Positions 46,392 through 56,946 of a stretch of 64,000 nt of DNA are shown here, one piece after another (within the stretch, counting starts at the first letter, position 1; each line of letters begins with the position of its first letter). The stretch is from Candidatus Bathyarchaeota archaeon. Its GTDB lineage: Archaea; Thermoproteota; Bathyarchaeia; Bathyarchaeales; Bathycorpusculaceae. Under the pieces are notes generated by a model. It did not search any database, was not told the DNA's origin, and saw nothing but the letters and a program-made list of their open reading frames with translations. The translations under genes and the position numbers were made by a program. The stretch is from assembly GCA_963715865.1 (NCBI GenBank), contig OY970280.1:2144001-2208000 (forward strand), given 5' to 3'.

Positions 46392-47726
46392 ATGGATGTT
46401 TTAGAAAAAGCGTTTGAACTTCTTAGCAAATATCCCCTCTGCGATCACTGCCTTGGTAGACAATTTGCTTCGCTTGGTTACAGTATGGAAAATAACGTTC
46501 GAGGCTCAGCATTAAAAATCAGTTTAACCTTGCAAGCCAACGACCTTGCTAAAGAAAAAAGCCTCGACGGAATTAAACGGCTTAAAATTTTGGCAACTAA
46601 TGGTTTTTCGAGAGAAGCACAAGAGACCCTGAAACACCTCAAAAAACGCGTTCCCAAAGAAGCCTCGGAAACAAAGTGTTTCCTTTGCGAAGGCAAGTTT
46701 TCGCTTCTTGATAGCCTAACCGAGAAATCCTTAAGCGCCCTCGAAGGTTATGAGTTTACTACATTTCTGGTAGGAATTGAATTGCCAGTTAAGGTTGAGG
46801 AACGTGAAGATGAGTTTAAGGCTACTCTGAACCTCAGCTATGGCGAAAGTATTAAGCATGAATTTGGACGATTGTTTGGCAAAGCTCTTGCTGAACGCAC
46901 TGGTAAAGAGGTGGATTACTTAGTGCCTGATATGGTCATAGTAATCAACCCTTTCCAACAGAAAGTGCGACTTCAGGTTAACCCGCTTTTCGTCGGCGGC
47001 AGGTATCGCAAGCTTGTGCGAGATATTCCACAGTCGAAATGGTTCTGTTCAAACTGCCGTGGAAGAGGCTGTGAAAAGTGCGGCGGAACCGGTAAACTAT
47101 ATCCAGAATCAGTCGAGGAGCTATCCTCAAAGCCGCTGTTGGAAGCAACTGAGGGTGAAAAAACATCGTTTCACGCTTCTGGACGCGAAGACATTGATGC
47201 CCGAATGCTGGGGACAGGTCGACCTTTTGTTATTGAGGTTTCTAAGCCAAAAAAGCGGTTTGTTGATTTGAAGGAAATTGAAGCCAAAATCAACGCTGAA
47301 GCTATGGGTAAGGTCGAGGTTTCGCGGTTGCGTTTTACCACTAAGGATGTGGTCAGGCGGCTCAAGAAGGGTGAAGGTGCACAGAAAGAGTATCGGTTAC
47401 TAGCTGAATTTGAGAACGAGGTTTCCGAGGAGGGTTTGCGAATGTTGGAAGAGACGCTAAGTGGAGCTTCAATAAAACAGCAGACGCCACTTCGTGTTTT
47501 GCATAGGAGGGCGGATTTAATCCGAGAAAGGTACATATATAAGGTTAAAGTTAAGAAGGTGTCGCTTAAGAGGGCTCTTATGGAAATTCGTTGCCAAGGC
47601 GGCCTCTATGTTAAAGAATTGGTGTCTGGAGATGAAGGAAGAACAATACCGAACGTTTCAGATTTGCTTGCAAACAGAGCGAAGACGCTTAAGCTTGACG
47701 TTCTAAAAGTCATAATGGATGATTAA
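46392..47726 (+). CDS. pus10: tRNA pseudouridine(54/55) synthase Pus10
   Basis: CDHCLGRQF, GRYRKLVRDIPQ, HASGREDIDARMLG and GLYVKELVSGD. Confidence 0.96.
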   Translation: MDVLEKAFELLSKYPLCDHCLGRQFASLGYSMENNVRGSALKISLTLQANDLAKEKSLDGIKRLKILATNGFSREAQETLKHLKKRVPKEASETKCFLCEGKFSLLDSLTEKSLSALEGYEFTTFLVGIELPVKVEEREDEFKATLNLSYGESIKHEFGRLFGKALAERTGKEVDYLVPDMVIVINPFQQKVRLQVNPLFVGGRYRKLVRDIPQSKWFCSNCRGRGCEKCGGTGKLYPESVEELSSKPLLEATEGEKTSFHASGREDIDARMLGTGRPFVIEVSKPKKRFVDLKEIEAKINAEAMGKVEVSRLRFTTKDVVRRLKKGEGAQKEYRLLAEFENEVSEEGLRMLEETLSGASIKQQTPLRVLHRRADLIRERYIYKVKVKKVSLKRALMEIRCQGGLYVKELVSGDEGRTIPNVSDLLANRAKTLKLDVLKVIMDD

Positions 47727-47743
47727 AAAAAGGTGAAATTTGA

Positions 47744-48040
47744 ATGAGAGGTTCAAAAGGATATTATGCGGGGACTCGCAGTCTTCTGAAAAAGGCAACC
47801 AGAGATAAAGGTAAGCCAAAAATTAGCAAAATACTCCAAGAGTACAAGCCTGGTTCTCAAGTGATTATAAAGATGGATTCTAGCGTACAGAAGAGTATGC
47901 CACATAAACGCTTCCACGGTAAAATAGGCACTGTAGTGGCTAAGCGTGGTAGAGGATACGTAGTAAGCGTTCCGCAAGGCAACGCTATTAAAGAAATAAT
48001 TACTCGCTCAGAACATTTAGAGCCGTATACGGGCAGTTGA
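47744..48040 (+). CDS. rpl21e: 50S ribosomal protein L21e
   Basis: MPHKRFHGKIG and HLEP motifs. Confidence 0.96.
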   Translation: MRGSKGYYAGTRSLLKKATRDKGKPKISKILQEYKPGSQVIIKMDSSVQKSMPHKRFHGKIGTVVAKRGRGYVVSVPQGNAIKEIITRSEHLEPYTGS

Positions 48041-48045
48041 GGAAA

Positions 48046-48384
48046 ATGAGCAAGAGAGAAGTAAGCGAGAATCGCTTGACAATACCGCAGGTTAAGAAGG
48101 TGTTAGAGGCTATTGGCGAGGAAAATTTAGACCAGTTCCAACGCCGAACTTTAGATTATGTAAACAAGTTCTCCAAAGTTGACCCTGAAAAGGCGGAAGA
48201 GCTCTTGCAAACTCTCGTTAAAGAATACGAAATTGACGAGGCTGAAGCCGTTCAAATTATAAATTGTATGCCTGAAACTGTTGACGAGTTGAGGGTTTTC
48301 TTAGCTGGCGGTCGCAAGATTATAGAGACTGCAAAATTACGGGCTATTGTCGAGCTTCTGAATGAGAATAGAACTCTGAAGTAG
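48046..48384 (+). CDS. rpo4: RNA polymerase subunit Rpo4 (F)
   Basis: TLDYVNKFSKVDPEKA, QIINCMPETVDELR; conserved position after rpl21e. Confidence 0.92.
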   Translation: MSKREVSENRLTIPQVKKVLEAIGEENLDQFQRRTLDYVNKFSKVDPEKAEELLQTLVKEYEIDEAEAVQIINCMPETVDELRVFLAGGRKIIETAKLRAIVELLNENRTLK

Positions 48385-48442
48385 CAGAAAGCGGCTAAGT
48401 ATTTTTAAGCAGTAAGCGAGAATAGAATAGAGGACGGACTTA

Positions 48443-49018
48443 GTGACAGTTATGGAAAAACGGTATGAAGAGTACGCTTACGTGTTAGATTTCTTGCAGC
48501 ACGGCAAGCCAGGATTCCGCCCGACTGGGCGGGCAGGTTACCGAGCGGGAGCTTTAATTCAGTGTGTGGGTGAAGAGTTCTTTACTCTTTTGGAGGCTTT
48601 GGTGAAGGAGGGTTTAATACTTAAGCCTGGTGACCGCGTGTATGTGGGGAAAGATTCCCGTGAGGAAGTTACGTACATTATAGGACGTGTTGGCTATGAT
48701 GAGTTAACAGCTTCAGCGAAAGCGGAACTTCCAAGCGTAATAAACCGTATAGTGTTAAACCGGGAAAAGTGGTTTGTCAACTTCTTCAATACCGCACGAG
48801 CAATTACTCCTCGAATGCATGCCTTAGAGCTTATTCCAGGCATCGGAAAAAAGTACATGTGGCAAGTCATTAATGAACGTGGGCGGAAGCCGTTCGAAAG
48901 CTTTGATGATTTGCAGAAGCGTACTGAGTTGCCGAACCCTGTAAAATTGATCACAAAGCGGGTTATGGAAGAGCTTGAGGGCGACAGCAAGTACCGATTG
49001 TTCACGCGGTCACAGTAA
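48443..49018 (+). CDS. DUF655 putative RNA-binding protein
   Basis: EEYAYVLDF, GEEFFTLLE, RMHALELIPGIGKK; conserved synteny. Confidence 0.92.
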   Translation: MTVMEKRYEEYAYVLDFLQHGKPGFRPTGRAGYRAGALIQCVGEEFFTLLEALVKEGLILKPGDRVYVGKDSREEVTYIIGRVGYDELTASAKAELPSVINRIVLNREKWFVNFFNTARAITPRMHALELIPGIGKKYMWQVINERGRKPFESFDDLQKRTELPNPVKLITKRVMEELEGDSKYRLFTRSQ

Positions 49019-49029
49019 GGCATAAAGCG

Positions 49030-49848
49030 ATGAGTCTTGAGGAAACGAAGCAGCTGCTTCGAACGTATCGAATTGTCCCGAATAAGCTTTTGGGGCAGAA
49101 TTTCATGGTTGAGCCTTCGCTTTACGGCATGCTATGCGCTTATGCTTCACTTGGCCCTTCAGATGTGGTGTTGGATGCTGGTGCAGGCTTCGGTTTTCTA
49201 AGTCGTTTCTTGGCTGATAAGTGTAAGGCTGTATTTGCTGTTGAGAAGGACCCGCAAGTTGCAGAAGTGTTGCGTGAACAAGTCAAAGGCATTGGCAATG
49301 TGACTGTAATAGAAGGCGATGTATTGAAGGTAGCGTTGCCTGAGTTTAACAAGGTTATAGCAATTCCTCCTTACTATTTGTCTTCTCGTCTTATAATGTG
49401 GCTTTTTGAGCGCAGAATTGATTGTGCAGTACTGATTTTGCAGAAAGAATTTGCCAGTCGTCTTGTAGCGGCTGTAGGCAGTGAGAATTATGGTTGGTTA
49501 ACGGTTCTGACTTATCAGCATGTAGAGGTTGAGCTTTTGGACTCGGTTCCGAAAGTAATGTTTTATCCTCAATCGGAAGTAGATTCATTAATCGTTCGGC
49601 TAAAGCCTTGGAGTCAAAGATCGTTTGAGGTGAAGGATGAAATGTTTTTCAAGCAAATGGTCAAGTGGCTCTTTACTCAGCGTAACAAGAAGTTAGGCAA
49701 AGCGCTTGCGCCGTTCATTAGGAGCACTTTGAAGTTAAGCAAGCTTGACGCGGAAAAGATAGCTCTCGCCCTGCCATTTCATGAGAGGCGCGTAAGAGAG
49801 TTATCGCCTAAAGATTTTGGAGCATTAGCAAATGCCCTTCCCAGTTAA
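49030..49848 (+). CDS. ksgA: 16S rRNA dimethyladenosine transferase
   Basis: LGQNFM, motif I variant DAGAGFG, motif IV variant AIPPYYLSS, FTQRNKKL. Confidence 0.9.
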   Translation: MSLEETKQLLRTYRIVPNKLLGQNFMVEPSLYGMLCAYASLGPSDVVLDAGAGFGFLSRFLADKCKAVFAVEKDPQVAEVLREQVKGIGNVTVIEGDVLKVALPEFNKVIAIPPYYLSSRLIMWLFERRIDCAVLILQKEFASRLVAAVGSENYGWLTVLTYQHVEVELLDSVPKVMFYPQSEVDSLIVRLKPWSQRSFEVKDEMFFKQMVKWLFTQRNKKLGKALAPFIRSTLKLSKLDAEKIALALPFHERRVRELSPKDFGALANALPS

Positions 49849-50446
49849 GAGAGTACACTTTGGCAATTACGTTTTTAATATATGGGAGAATGTTTACGAG
49901 CCTGCAGAGGACTCGTTTCTTTTCGCTGAAAACCTTGATGTAGAAAAAGGCGCGCAGGTATTGGATGTGGGTACTGGTTGCGGTATACTTGGCATATTGG
50001 CAGCGGAAAAAGCTGGCAACGTGGTTGCGGTTGACTTAAATCCCTATGCTGTACGTTGCGCAAGGGAGAATTCGGCGCTTAATAATGTACGTAGTAAAAT
50101 GGCTTTCATGCAAGCTGAACTATTAACCGCTTTAAACGAAAAAGCAACGTTTGATTTAATTCTCTTTAATGCACCGTACCTTCCCGCAGCCGAGGATGAA
50201 GCGGAATTCTGGATTGGGCGCTCATGGGCAGGAGGCATTAATGGACGGCAAGTTATCGACCGCTTTATCTCCGAAGCCTCACCGCACTTGAAACCTAACA
50301 GTCGGATTCTCTTAATGCAGTCAACACTTACAAATGTTGAAGAAACGATTCGCAAATTTGAGGAGCGCAATCTTAAAGCAAGCTTTAAAGCTGAACGTAA
50401 ACTGCCTTTCTTTGAAACTTTAACACTTATAGAAGCCAAAACTTAA
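49832..50446 (+). CDS. HemK2/Mtq2-type methyltransferase
   Basis: VYEPAEDSFL, DVGTGCG, FNAPYLP and WAGGINGRQVIDRF. Confidence 0.92.
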   Translation: MPFPVKRVHFGNYVFNIWENVYEPAEDSFLFAENLDVEKGAQVLDVGTGCGILGILAAEKAGNVVAVDLNPYAVRCARENSALNNVRSKMAFMQAELLTALNEKATFDLILFNAPYLPAAEDEAEFWIGRSWAGGINGRQVIDRFISEASPHLKPNSRILLMQSTLTNVEETIRKFEERNLKASFKAERKLPFFETLTLIEAKT

Positions 50447-50524
50447 CCTGCTTAGAGAGCGCTATTTGGCTGTTCTGAAAAGCAAATAAAGGTATAGTGC
50501 ATTGGTTATTGTAGTGACTGCAAG

Positions 50525-50854
50525 ATGACAATTTGGTTTTACGTTAAAACAAACGATGACCCCAAGGCAGTTGGAGACATTGTTTGCAGCTTCAACTTTA
50601 CACAAGGCATGCATCCTGAGGATAAGTATTCTTGGATTATGGAGGTTGGGAAAGATGAGCCTGGCTATTGGGAAATCAAAGGTAAATATGCTGCCCTAAA
50701 AGATCTCACGTCCATAGGCATCGTTTACAGAATAGGGGACACGGTGGTTCTGTCAGAAATAGATGACGACTTAGCCCCAGACTTTCTCGATCCACTAATA
50801 ACAAAGTATGGATTTGACAATGTTAAGTGGATAGTTGTTCCAAGAGCACGATAA
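50525..50854 (+). CDS. Hypothetical protein
   Basis: 109-aa acidic ORF filling the gap; no family recognised. Confidence 0.7.
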   Translation: MTIWFYVKTNDDPKAVGDIVCSFNFTQGMHPEDKYSWIMEVGKDEPGYWEIKGKYAALKDLTSIGIVYRIGDTVVLSEIDDDLAPDFLDPLITKYGFDNVKWIVVPRAR

Positions 50855-50856
50855 TT

Positions 50857-51342
50857 TTATTGCTCGTCGTATTTTTCGACTTCATCATTCATTATGGTTA
50901 ATTCAATATCTGCCTGCTTGAACAACTCTATAGCATCTGCATCAGCATGATACCGCTTTTCGCAAACTACCCGTTTTATGCCAGCGTTAATTATCATCAT
51001 GGCGCAAGTTCGGCATGGCGTCATTTTACAGAAAAGTGTTGCTCCCTCAAGTGGTATACCAAACCTGGCCGCTTGAATGATAGCGTTTTGTTCCGCATGA
51101 AGAGTGCGCACGCAATGCTGGGTTACATTGCCGTTGCTGTCGAATACTTTGCGCATGTCATGTCCAACTTCGTCACAGTGTGGCAAACCAGCAGGAGCAC
51201 CAACATAGCCAGTAGTCATAATCCGTTTGTTCTTAACAATTACACAGCCGCTTCTTCCACGGTCACACGTAGCGCGCCTAGCTACAGCTTCGCATAGGTC
51301 TAAGAAGTATCTATTCCAATTAGGTCTTGAATTAGTCTCCAA
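50857..51342 (-). CDS. dCMP deaminase (ComEB-like, single domain)
   Basis: RPNWNRYF, RATCDRGRSG, TGYVGAPAG, HAEQNAI and PCRTC. Confidence 0.93.
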   Translation of the reverse strand: METNSRPNWNRYFLDLCEAVARRATCDRGRSGCVIVKNKRIMTTGYVGAPAGLPHCDEVGHDMRKVFDSNGNVTQHCVRTLHAEQNAIIQAARFGIPLEGATLFCKMTPCRTCAMMIINAGIKRVVCEKRYHADADAIELFKQADIELTIMNDEVEKYDEQ

Positions 51343-51418
51343 CAGTTTCCTGCCTCAACTTGTTTTAGAAACATAGTTCATTAAACAAATTAATAAATTA
51401 TATCTGAAAATGATCTGT

Positions 51419-52717
51419 TTATTTTTCGTAGATGTGAATTTCTCTGCCAATCTTGTGCCGTTCATCAACCTCAACCAACGAGGAAACACCGACCAACTCT
51501 TCCAGCCCTACCGCACCCTCAGAAAACATCTCTTTAGTGAGAGGCTGCACCCTCTTAAATCCACAATTCTCAATTTTCTCACCAATCGGCATTGTCACGG
51601 ATTTTCCAGAACGAGTTATAATGTAAGGCGTCACAAGTACCAATCGTCCATCGCTTTTCAGGACTCTATGTGCCTCTTCAACGAAACCAAAATACAACGG
51701 CTCAAGCTTCTGAATAATTTTTAGTGCATATGGTCCAGTAGCAACCTGCCGCAACGCTGGACCCAAATCAGGCTCCGTTACAATGCAATCTACCGTTTCT
51801 TGCCCAATTTTCTGTGCCAACCTACTCACGTCCCCTTGCAAAACCCTAAACTCCGTACCTTCAAGACTATACTCTCTTTTAAGCCACTCAAGATTTTCAT
51901 TTGCCGCTTTAACACACCAAGGATTAACATCTACACCGACAACCTTTGCCCTTGCCAGCAGTGCTTCCTGAAGAATTGTGCCAACACCACAGAATGGGTC
52001 AAGCAAAACCTTTCTAGGCGTACAATAAGATAAATTAACCATTATTCTGGCTATTCTCGGTGGCATGGCAAAAATTTTCCGTTGATTAGGCTTGTAAATG
52101 TCTCTTTTTTGAAATTCAAACGGATTATGAACAGCCACAGTGGTAGCAACCCAAGCTTCTTCCTTGCCAATGCATAGCAATACCTCTCCCTTGTTTTCAA
52201 CCAAATTCTTCTTTAAAACTTCAACATGGCTTAGCTGAGCGAACTTTCTATCTTTAGAAAACCCCATAAACTTCGATTTCTTGCCGTAACCTGCCAACTC
52301 ACCCTTTACAGCGCTACCGACAAACCGCTGAATAACCCACGATAATGGACGCAACGTTTTTTCAGTACAATACACGCTTACTCCAAAAAAAATCTTCTCA
52401 GCCGACTTCGCCATCTCATCAACTAAACCGCTTGATGCTAAAGACTCAGCTATTTGTGATTGGGCTTCCTTGTTTCTTTCAATAAACGCTTCTTTAACAA
52501 TTTGCGTCAGAAACTTTGCTTTTACTTCGCCAATCTTTATTGTTCCACCCAAATCGGCAATGGTTGAAGCATCGAAATTTTCCTCAAAAGTTAGTGCAAA
52601 AAATTCTTTAGAAAAAAATGATACCTTGAATTTGATTTCCCTTGATTTAAAGTAGGAAGTAAGCTCCGCTAATGAAAGCATCCAGTTTTTCCCTGAAATA
52701 AACAGTTCAGTTGGCAT
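51419..52717 (-). CDS. Trm11/TrmG10-like RNA methyltransferase (COG1041 type)
   Basis: MPPRIARIMVNL, LDPFCGVGT and TEPDLGP; probable ATG at 52717. Confidence 0.82.
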   Translation of the reverse strand: MPTELFISGKNWMLSLAELTSYFKSREIKFKVSFFSKEFFALTFEENFDASTIADLGGTIKIGEVKAKFLTQIVKEAFIERNKEAQSQIAESLASSGLVDEMAKSAEKIFFGVSVYCTEKTLRPLSWVIQRFVGSAVKGELAGYGKKSKFMGFSKDRKFAQLSHVEVLKKNLVENKGEVLLCIGKEEAWVATTVAVHNPFEFQKRDIYKPNQRKIFAMPPRIARIMVNLSYCTPRKVLLDPFCGVGTILQEALLARAKVVGVDVNPWCVKAANENLEWLKREYSLEGTEFRVLQGDVSRLAQKIGQETVDCIVTEPDLGPALRQVATGPYALKIIQKLEPLYFGFVEEAHRVLKSDGRLVLVTPYIITRSGKSVTMPIGEKIENCGFKRVQPLTKEMFSEGAVGLEELVGVSSLVEVDERHKIGREIHIYEK

Positions 52718-52883
52718 TCTGAAAATCAAAAAGTAAACTAAGTATATAAGCGAATGACAGCAATCACTCGAATAAAGCATTTTAAGTAAATAACTAGAAG
52801 TTGGAAAAAGCACGGAAGTATCACCACGTATTTACAAATCGTTTAAATACCGCTGAATGAGTAATGCTAAAAAGGGACGTTGC

Positions 52884-53426
52884 ATGCACGCAAGAAATTA
52901 CAGGCACGTGAAAAATCGAGCCTACACAAGAAAAGAATACGCTAGAGGTTTTCCACCACCAAAAATAGTGAAGTTCACTATGGGTGATACAAAGGGTACC
53001 TTTGAAATTGAAGGCAAACTTATTGCTTTAGAACGAGCTCAAATACGCCATAGCGCCTTAGAAGCAGCACGTGTGGCAACAAACCGCATCTTAATGGATA
53101 AACTCATAAATGATTATCTTATGGTTGTTCATCCATATCCTCATATTATCCTAAGAGAAAACAAAATGATCTTCGGCGCTCACGCTGACCGGCTTCAACA
53201 GGGAATGAGACGTTCCTTCGGAACAGCGATCGGCACTGCAGCAAAAGTAGAGGTAGGACAAACCATCATAACGGTCAAAGTAAAAGCATCAGCTGCTGAA
53301 ACAGCCAAAGAATCCCTCAAAAGAGGAAGCGCAAAACTTCCCATACCTTGCAAAATAGTTATCTCCAAGATTCAAGCTTCTCCAAACATAACCGAGAAGG
53401 CCGAAACGGAGACGGAGACAACTTGA
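52884..53426 (+). CDS. rpl10e: 50S ribosomal protein L10e (uL16)
   Basis: IRHSALEAARVA, YPHIILRENK, ADRLQQGMRRSFG. Confidence 0.96.
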   Translation: MHARNYRHVKNRAYTRKEYARGFPPPKIVKFTMGDTKGTFEIEGKLIALERAQIRHSALEAARVATNRILMDKLINDYLMVVHPYPHIILRENKMIFGAHADRLQQGMRRSFGTAIGTAAKVEVGQTIITVKVKASAAETAKESLKRGSAKLPIPCKIVISKIQASPNITEKAETETETT

Positions 53427-55861
53427 GCGTAAAAGAGAAAGAACTGGTTTTATGGTTTGATGATTTAAGAAAAGACGATATTCCTGTTGTTGGCGGCAAA
53501 AACGCCAGCCTCGGCGAAATGATTAATGTAGGATTGCCTGTTCCGCCTGGTTTTGCGGTAACAGCTTATTCTTATGAAAGATTTATTCAAGAAAAGCGAA
53601 TAGCCGAGCAAATTTACAAAATAATTAAAGAAACAATCACAGACCTAAACGACCCAAAACAGTATGATGTTGCATCCAAGAAGATACGTGGACTTATCGA
53701 AAAAACTCTAATGCCTAAAGAAATTGAAAACGCTATAAAAAAAGCATACAAAGACCTAAACAAACGCCTCGAGTTAAAGGATGTTTTTGTTGCTGTACGA
53801 TCAAGCGCTACAGCCGAAGACTTACCTGACGCATCATTTGCAGGTCAACAAGAAACCTTCCTTAACGTTAAAGGACCAGATGACCTTACCGATAAAGTTA
53901 TCAAATGCTGGTCAAGCTTGTTCACGCCACGTGCAATCTTTTATCGAAACGAAAAAGGCTTTGCGCACGAAAAAGTCTTCATAAGCGTTGGAGTACAAAA
54001 AATGGTGAACTCCAGAGCTGCTGGAGTCATGTTTACCATAAACCCTGTAACGGGAAATCAAGATGAAATTGTAATCGAAGGCAACTACGGCTTAGGAGAA
54101 ACTGTCGTATCAGGCGTTGTTAACCCTGACGATTTTGTCGTCGACAAAAACACGATGAAAATTAAGGAAAGAAGGATTGCACGAAAAACAATAGAGTACA
54201 TTCGTGACCTCAAGACAGGTAAGACAGTGCACTTGGATGTGCCGGAGGATAAGCAGAAAGTAACCTGCATAAGCGACCAAGAAATCATGGTGCTTGCAGA
54301 ACTTGCTACGCGAATTGAAAAGCATTATGGCAAACCCATGGATATTGAATGGGCAATTGACCAAGATTTATCTTATCCAGAAAACATGTTCATAGTTCAA
54401 GCTCGTCCAGAAACAGTTTGGAGTTCAAAAACAATGGAAACACCCATAAAAATTGAAGAACATAAGGCTGAAGAATCACTAAAAGTGGTTGTTAGAGGCC
54501 TTTCTGCTGGAAGAAGAGGTTATGGCGCAGGCATAGCAAAAGTTGTCCTAAACCCTGATGATGCAAACAGAGAAATGCGCAAAGGAGACATTCTCGTAAC
54601 AGCCATGACAAACCCCGATTTCGTGCCATTCATGAAAATCGCAAGCGCCATAGTCACCGACAAAGGTGGAGTCACATCCCACGCAGCAATTGTGAGCCGC
54701 GAACTCAGCATCCCCTGCGTGGTAGGTACAGAAACAGCCACTCAAGTAATGAAAACAGGGCAAGAATACACTGTGGACTCAAGAAACGGCATAATCTACG
54801 AAGGCATAATTGCCCAAGCCGTTCAACCAGCAGTAACATCAAACGGACCAGCCATAATTATGCAAGCAACAGCGGAAGACACTCCAGTAACAGCCACAAA
54901 AATCTACATGAACTTGGGCGTTCCAGAAAAAATTGAGGATTACAAAAACCTGCCGTTCGAAGGTATCGGATTAATGCGCACCGAATTCATCTTAGCCAGC
55001 GCCATAGGTCAGCATCCAATGATGTTTGTCGAAACAGGCGAAAGCCAAAAATTCGTAGACAAACTCGCCGAAGGCATAGCAACTGTGGCCCGAACAATTC
55101 AGCCCCGACCAGTTGTAGTGCGCTTAAGCGACTTCAAAACCAACGAATACCGAGACCTGAAAGGTGGAGAAAAATACGAAATAGTCGAAGAAAACCCCAT
55201 GCTCGGTTGGAGAGGCTGCAGCCGCTACATTAGCAAATGGTACATCCAAGCCTTCAGGCTTGAATGCCAAGCCATCAAGAAATGCCGCGCAGAATGGGGT
55301 CTCAAAAACGTCTACGTCATGCTTCCAATGGTTCGCACGCTTTGGGAAGCCAAGAAAGTTCTCGAAATTATGAAGGAAGAAGGTCTAGAGCGTTCTCGCG
55401 ACTTTAAGGTTTGGTTTATGGCTGAAACGCCATCCATAGCAATAATGGCTGATGAATTCTCCAAGCTTGTCGATGGCTTCTCAATCGGTTCAAACGATAT
55501 GACTCAAGGTGTACTAATGATTGATCGTGACTCTGAACGCTTAGGTCAAATGGGCTACTTCGACGAAAGAGATCCAGCAGTAAAAAGAATAATTGCCCAC
55601 CTCATCAAAGTGGCTCACGAAAACGGCTGCACAGTCTCCATCTGTGGTGAAGGGCCATCAAACCTTCCAGACTTCGCAGAATTCCTCGTTCGAGTCGGAA
55701 TCGACAGCATATCCGTAAACAACGACGCTGTAACAGCTACAAGAAAGCACGTTGCCAGCATAGAACAAAAAATAATTCTTGAACGACTTGCTGAACAAGC
55801 CGCGTTAGCTCGTGGGCAAGCTCTTAAAAAGCCAACTCAAGACTGGGAATGGCCGCGCTAG
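53423..55861 (+). CDS. ppsA: Phosphoenolpyruvate synthase
   Basis: GGKNASLGE, RSSATAED, phospho-His motif TSHAAIVSRE, ENPMLGWRG and SIGSND; TTG start at 53423 overlaps the rpl10e stop. Confidence 0.96.
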   Translation: MSVKEKELVLWFDDLRKDDIPVVGGKNASLGEMINVGLPVPPGFAVTAYSYERFIQEKRIAEQIYKIIKETITDLNDPKQYDVASKKIRGLIEKTLMPKEIENAIKKAYKDLNKRLELKDVFVAVRSSATAEDLPDASFAGQQETFLNVKGPDDLTDKVIKCWSSLFTPRAIFYRNEKGFAHEKVFISVGVQKMVNSRAAGVMFTINPVTGNQDEIVIEGNYGLGETVVSGVVNPDDFVVDKNTMKIKERRIARKTIEYIRDLKTGKTVHLDVPEDKQKVTCISDQEIMVLAELATRIEKHYGKPMDIEWAIDQDLSYPENMFIVQARPETVWSSKTMETPIKIEEHKAEESLKVVVRGLSAGRRGYGAGIAKVVLNPDDANREMRKGDILVTAMTNPDFVPFMKIASAIVTDKGGVTSHAAIVSRELSIPCVVGTETATQVMKTGQEYTVDSRNGIIYEGIIAQAVQPAVTSNGPAIIMQATAEDTPVTATKIYMNLGVPEKIEDYKNLPFEGIGLMRTEFILASAIGQHPMMFVETGESQKFVDKLAEGIATVARTIQPRPVVVRLSDFKTNEYRDLKGGEKYEIVEENPMLGWRGCSRYISKWYIQAFRLECQAIKKCRAEWGLKNVYVMLPMVRTLWEAKKVLEIMKEEGLERSRDFKVWFMAETPSIAIMADEFSKLVDGFSIGSNDMTQGVLMIDRDSERLGQMGYFDERDPAVKRIIAHLIKVAHENGCTVSICGEGPSNLPDFAEFLVRVGIDSISVNNDAVTATRKHVASIEQKIILERLAEQAALARGQALKKPTQDWEWPR

Positions 55862-55929
55862 CATAAAGAGCCGTTATGCAATCATGTATCCCTTTGTTTA
55901 TCTTTCCTTTAATTTTCTGTTAAGTATAA

Positions 55930-56946
55930 GTGTGGGAGTACAGTATGAAAGGGTTTGATTTTGAAGAAGAAAGAATAAAGCAAGAGATAACCAAACTTGG
56001 CGCCAAACGCGTTCTGCTGCAACTGCCAGAAGGATTAAAACCTGAAGGTCCACGCTTAGCCAAAATAGTGGAGAAAAACGGTGCGCTTCCAATAATTTCC
56101 GCTGACCCATGCTACGGCGCCTGTGATGTAGCGGTTAATGAAGCAGAAAGTTTAGGCGTAGATTTGATAGTGCATTTCGGGCACTCAAAACTCATAAAGC
56201 ATGAGCAGATTCCAACAATTTACATAGAAGCAAGAGCAACAGTAACAGTTGATGAGGCTGTCGAGCAATCTTTACCGTTCTTAAGCAAGTACGCTAAAAT
56301 TGGTTTAGCAACCTCAGTGCAGCATTTACACGCGCTAAATCAGGCAAGAGAAATTTTGATTCGAGCTGGAAAGACAGTAATAATCGGCGATACGGGGCAA
56401 ATGAGTTACCCTGGACAAGTCAGCGGCTGCAATTACAGCAACGTAAAATCAATCGCTGACGAAGTAGAAGCTTTCCTTTTTGTTGGCGGCGGAAGGTTCC
56501 ACGCTTTAGGCATAGCTTTAAGCACTTCTAAACCAACCTTCATAGCCGATCCGTACGATAATAGGGCTTTCTCGATTAATGATGAAGCCCAAAAAATCCT
56601 CAAGCAGCGTTGGGCCTGCATTGAAGAAGCGCAACGTGCTAAAACTTTCGGGGTTCTTGTTGGCTTGAAACCAGGGCAAAAACGGTTTGACGAAGCATTG
56701 AAGATTAAGGAGTTAGCAGAGAAAAATGGGAAAGCTGCTTATCTGTTGGCTGTTAGGGAAATCATTCCTGAAGCACTCTTGGAATTTCCATCCATTGATG
56801 CATACGTCAACACGGCATGTCCTCGGGTTTCTCTTGATGCTCCGAAAAAGTTTTTGAAGCCTGTGTTAACTATTAACGAGTTTATGGTGGTTTCTGGCGA
56901 ATCTTCATGGGAGAATATGCTCAAAAAAGGATTATTCGAAAATTAG
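55930..56946 (+). CDS. dph2: Diphthamide biosynthesis enzyme Dph2
   Basis: LQLPEGLK, PCYGACD, QVSGCN and NTACPR. Confidence 0.95.
   Translation: MWEYSMKGFDFEEERIKQEITKLGAKRVLLQLPEGLKPEGPRLAKIVEKNGALPIISADPCYGACDVAVNEAESLGVDLIVHFGHSKLIKHEQIPTIYIEARATVTVDEAVEQSLPFLSKYAKIGLATSVQHLHALNQAREILIRAGKTVIIGDTGQMSYPGQVSGCNYSNVKSIADEVEAFLFVGGGRFHALGIALSTSKPTFIADPYDNRAFSINDEAQKILKQRWACIEEAQRAKTFGVLVGLKPGQKRFDEALKIKELAEKNGKAAYLLAVREIIPEALLEFPSIDAYVNTACPRVSLDAPKKFLKPVLTINEFMVVSGESSWENMLKKGLFEN

Noticed and set aside
50857-51342. Second deaminase as a defence gene
   Set aside because: Single-domain ComEB/dCMP-deaminase pattern in host-like context; housekeeping is more likely.
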